From the NCBI RefSeq assembly GCF_006345805.1, contig NW_021836197.1, positions 1-24,722 on the forward strand: 24,722 nt of DNA. The letters are read 5' to 3'. Of the stretch, positions 20,901 to 24,722 are shown piece by piece. Numbering within the stretch: position 1 is the stretch's first letter; the number at the start of each line of letters is the position of its first letter. The DNA is from Octopus sinensis. Its lineage: Eukaryota. Both the position numbers and the translations under genes were made by a program. A model generated the notes under the pieces. It was not told the DNA's origin and ran no database searches. It saw nothing but the letters and a program-made list of their open reading frames with translations.

Positions 20901-21089
20901 ATTATCCATTTTTATTTCAAGATTTCTCGCCAATAGAGAAAGAACTGGTTTCTAACGGAGATCCAAGCTTCCTTCGTTGGAATTTCGACACCAACATGGA
21001 TGTATATATTATGTATGTATGTATATATGTATGTATGTATGACTCTTTTATTTTTTAATTATTATAAATCTTGTGAGACTAGATTCTAC

Positions 21090-21225
21090 CATCACCACGA
21101 CGACCACAACGACTACGACGACGACGACGACGACGACAACCACCACCACCATCATCGCGCCACTCTCCACCACCACACTCCCCACCATCCCACCCTCACC
21201 CCACCACTACCACCACCACCGCCAA

Positions 21226-21275
<50 letters not shown>

Positions 21276-21300
21276 ACTAGTAGTAGTAGTAGTAGAAGTT
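21090..21300. repeat. (CGA)/(CAC)/(CTA)/(TAG) trinucleotide run
   Basis: Direct inspection. Confidence 0.9.
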
Positions 21301-21507
21301 GTGCAATAAATAGGAAATACAGTATCTAAGGAAATAACGTCTCCCTGGACGTTGATCTTCCACAAACAGCAGCCAAATACCCCTCAGCTGAAACGCATCA
21401 TATCAAATAGAGTGGGGCCCAGGGAATAATGCAGTTGCCGATACTCTACCTTCCACCCAGAGGTGAGGTGGTCATGGCTATAATAGCTTTGAACATAGGT
21501 GTGTTGG

Positions 21508-21760
21508 ACCACCACCACCACCACCACCACCACCATCACCATTCATCATCATCATCATCGTCATCATCGTCGTCGTCGTCGTCATCACATCATCATCATC
21601 ATCATATCATCGTCATCGTCATCAACATCATCATCATCATCGTCATCAACATCATCATCATCATCATCATCATCATCAACATCATCATCATCATCATCAT
21701 CATTGTCATCGTCGTCGTCGTCGTCATCATCATCATCATCATCATCATCATGATGAACAA
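21508..21760. repeat. (CAC)n/(CAT)n/(CGT)n trinucleotide run
   Basis: Direct inspection. Confidence 0.92.
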
Positions 21761-22227
21761 CAACAGCTATAGCTGCTATTGCTGTATAACAACAATACTA
21801 TTTACAATAGTATCAATAAAAATGTTTCCAACGATGATAGTCATTACAATAACAATTCTATAAACAACAATAACAACAACAAAAACGACAACAACATCTT
21901 TTACAACATTGAGCGAATGTGGTCTCAGACCTGCTACAAAATTACAACAACATATATCTGAAATCATACTCTGGAACGTTCTAGAAGATATGCAGTCCAG
22001 GAGTGTACTACGCCAAAACACGACGAATGACAGCAGCAATTCGACGACCTCTAACAACAAGAACAACAATGACAGCAACAGATGCAAGAACGACAGTAAC
22101 ACAGAAACTACGTCACAAGTTTTAAGAAGAAACGGTGATATTAACTGCAAAATATTAGAAGGAAAATGAAAGTGACAAGAGACATTAGCAATCAATTATC
22201 AATCAGAAACAGTAACTCATGCTCCCT

Positions 22228-22375
22228 CAAATCACACATAACTGTCTTTAAAAAAGGAGATAAAGATTGGGTAAAGCAGTCACCGATACTGATAAAAATG
22301 GGCGAGATGGTCACGGATGGAAGTTAGTTGATCATAAATCGTTTCGATCAGAGTTGACTTGAAGCTAAACGATAG
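22228..22375 (+). mobile_element. Possible old retroposon 3' tail (related fragments at about 21465-21508 and 10256-10286)
   Basis: Weak within-window similarity (GGTCA.GG.T....TTGA.CATA; TGAC.TG..G.TAAAC) plus recollection of a cephalopod repeat tail. Confidence 0.35.
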
Positions 22376-23259
22376 CACATTTAAAAGAGATTTGCATCCA
22401 ATTTTCTAGCATCTCCTCCCGCAAACCCCAGCGTGCGTCTACAATTGCATTCCAGTCACTCACTAGCATTAATAAAGGCTATGTCCCTTCGAATGCCTCA
22501 AAATGTTTGAAGAAATCAGTCTTTCTAACTCTGTTGGCGCATAAATGACCACCTGCCGGACAGCACTGCAAGCTAGACAGTTGTTTACGTCCAGGGTCAC
22601 TAACCTTACTAACCGGCTCGGGTAGTTATTTTATTTGCCACAAGGGCTCCAGACGTTCAACACATTGAGTAGACTAACAGAGACAAACATTTTGAGATAT
22701 ATAAATGCTATAGTAATGCAAAATCAATATCAGAATTGATGAGCTGGTGTACAAAGTAATATAACGTAATATATTCGAATACAAAATAATACATAGCTAA
22801 AATAGATTTATCAATATAAATCTATTTAAGCAAATACAGAGAAATATATTTCTTTCATGAATATAAAAATGTTATTAACACACACACGCACATACACATT
22901 CACAAACACACAAGCACACAGACGAAACATAAACACACCCATACAAATATATGTATTAAATTTATTTATAAATATAAAAATAATAATAACGCAGTCACTC
23001 ATGCAAATATACCTACACACACAAAACTTTATACATATATTACATATGTCTGTAAGTATGTATGTATGTATGCGTATATATATATATTTATATATATACA
23101 CGTATATATATGCACACAAACACAATATGTGTGCAATAAACGGTCTAAAATAAATAACCATAAATAAGAAATATCACATGAATATATAATATATAATATT
23201 GAACTAAAATATATACAAAATATATAGCTGACACTCTATCTCGTCTGCTTCAACCATTT

Positions 23260-24722
<1,463 letters not shown>

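Noticed and set aside
22581-22640. CAGGGTCACTAACC resembling a hAT-type TIR
   Set aside because: No matching opposite TIR or 8-bp TSD found.

Overview
AT-rich, repeat-saturated animal non-coding DNA (intergenic or deep intronic). The repeat families resemble my recollection of octopus/coleoid cephalopod genomes; this is an inference, not a search result. No intact host gene is supported, and almost all long ORFs in the track are microsatellite artefacts. Mobile elements present: three CR1-group LINE 3' fragments, an RTE-like 3' end with three decayed C2H2 fingers, a full-length Tc1-family element (30-bp TIRs, TA TSD, DD36E spacing), a 3'-truncated mariner, two non-autonomous Helitrons, several tRNA-derived SINEs (one a head-plus-4-body array) and Penelope-like (PLE) terminal-repeat remnants. 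The most interesting signal is six minimal type-I hammerhead-ribozyme-like motifs from four sequence families, all with palindromic helix III. One has a G3:C8-swapped core and an adjacent inverted copy that could sequester it. All folds were done by eye and none is tested.
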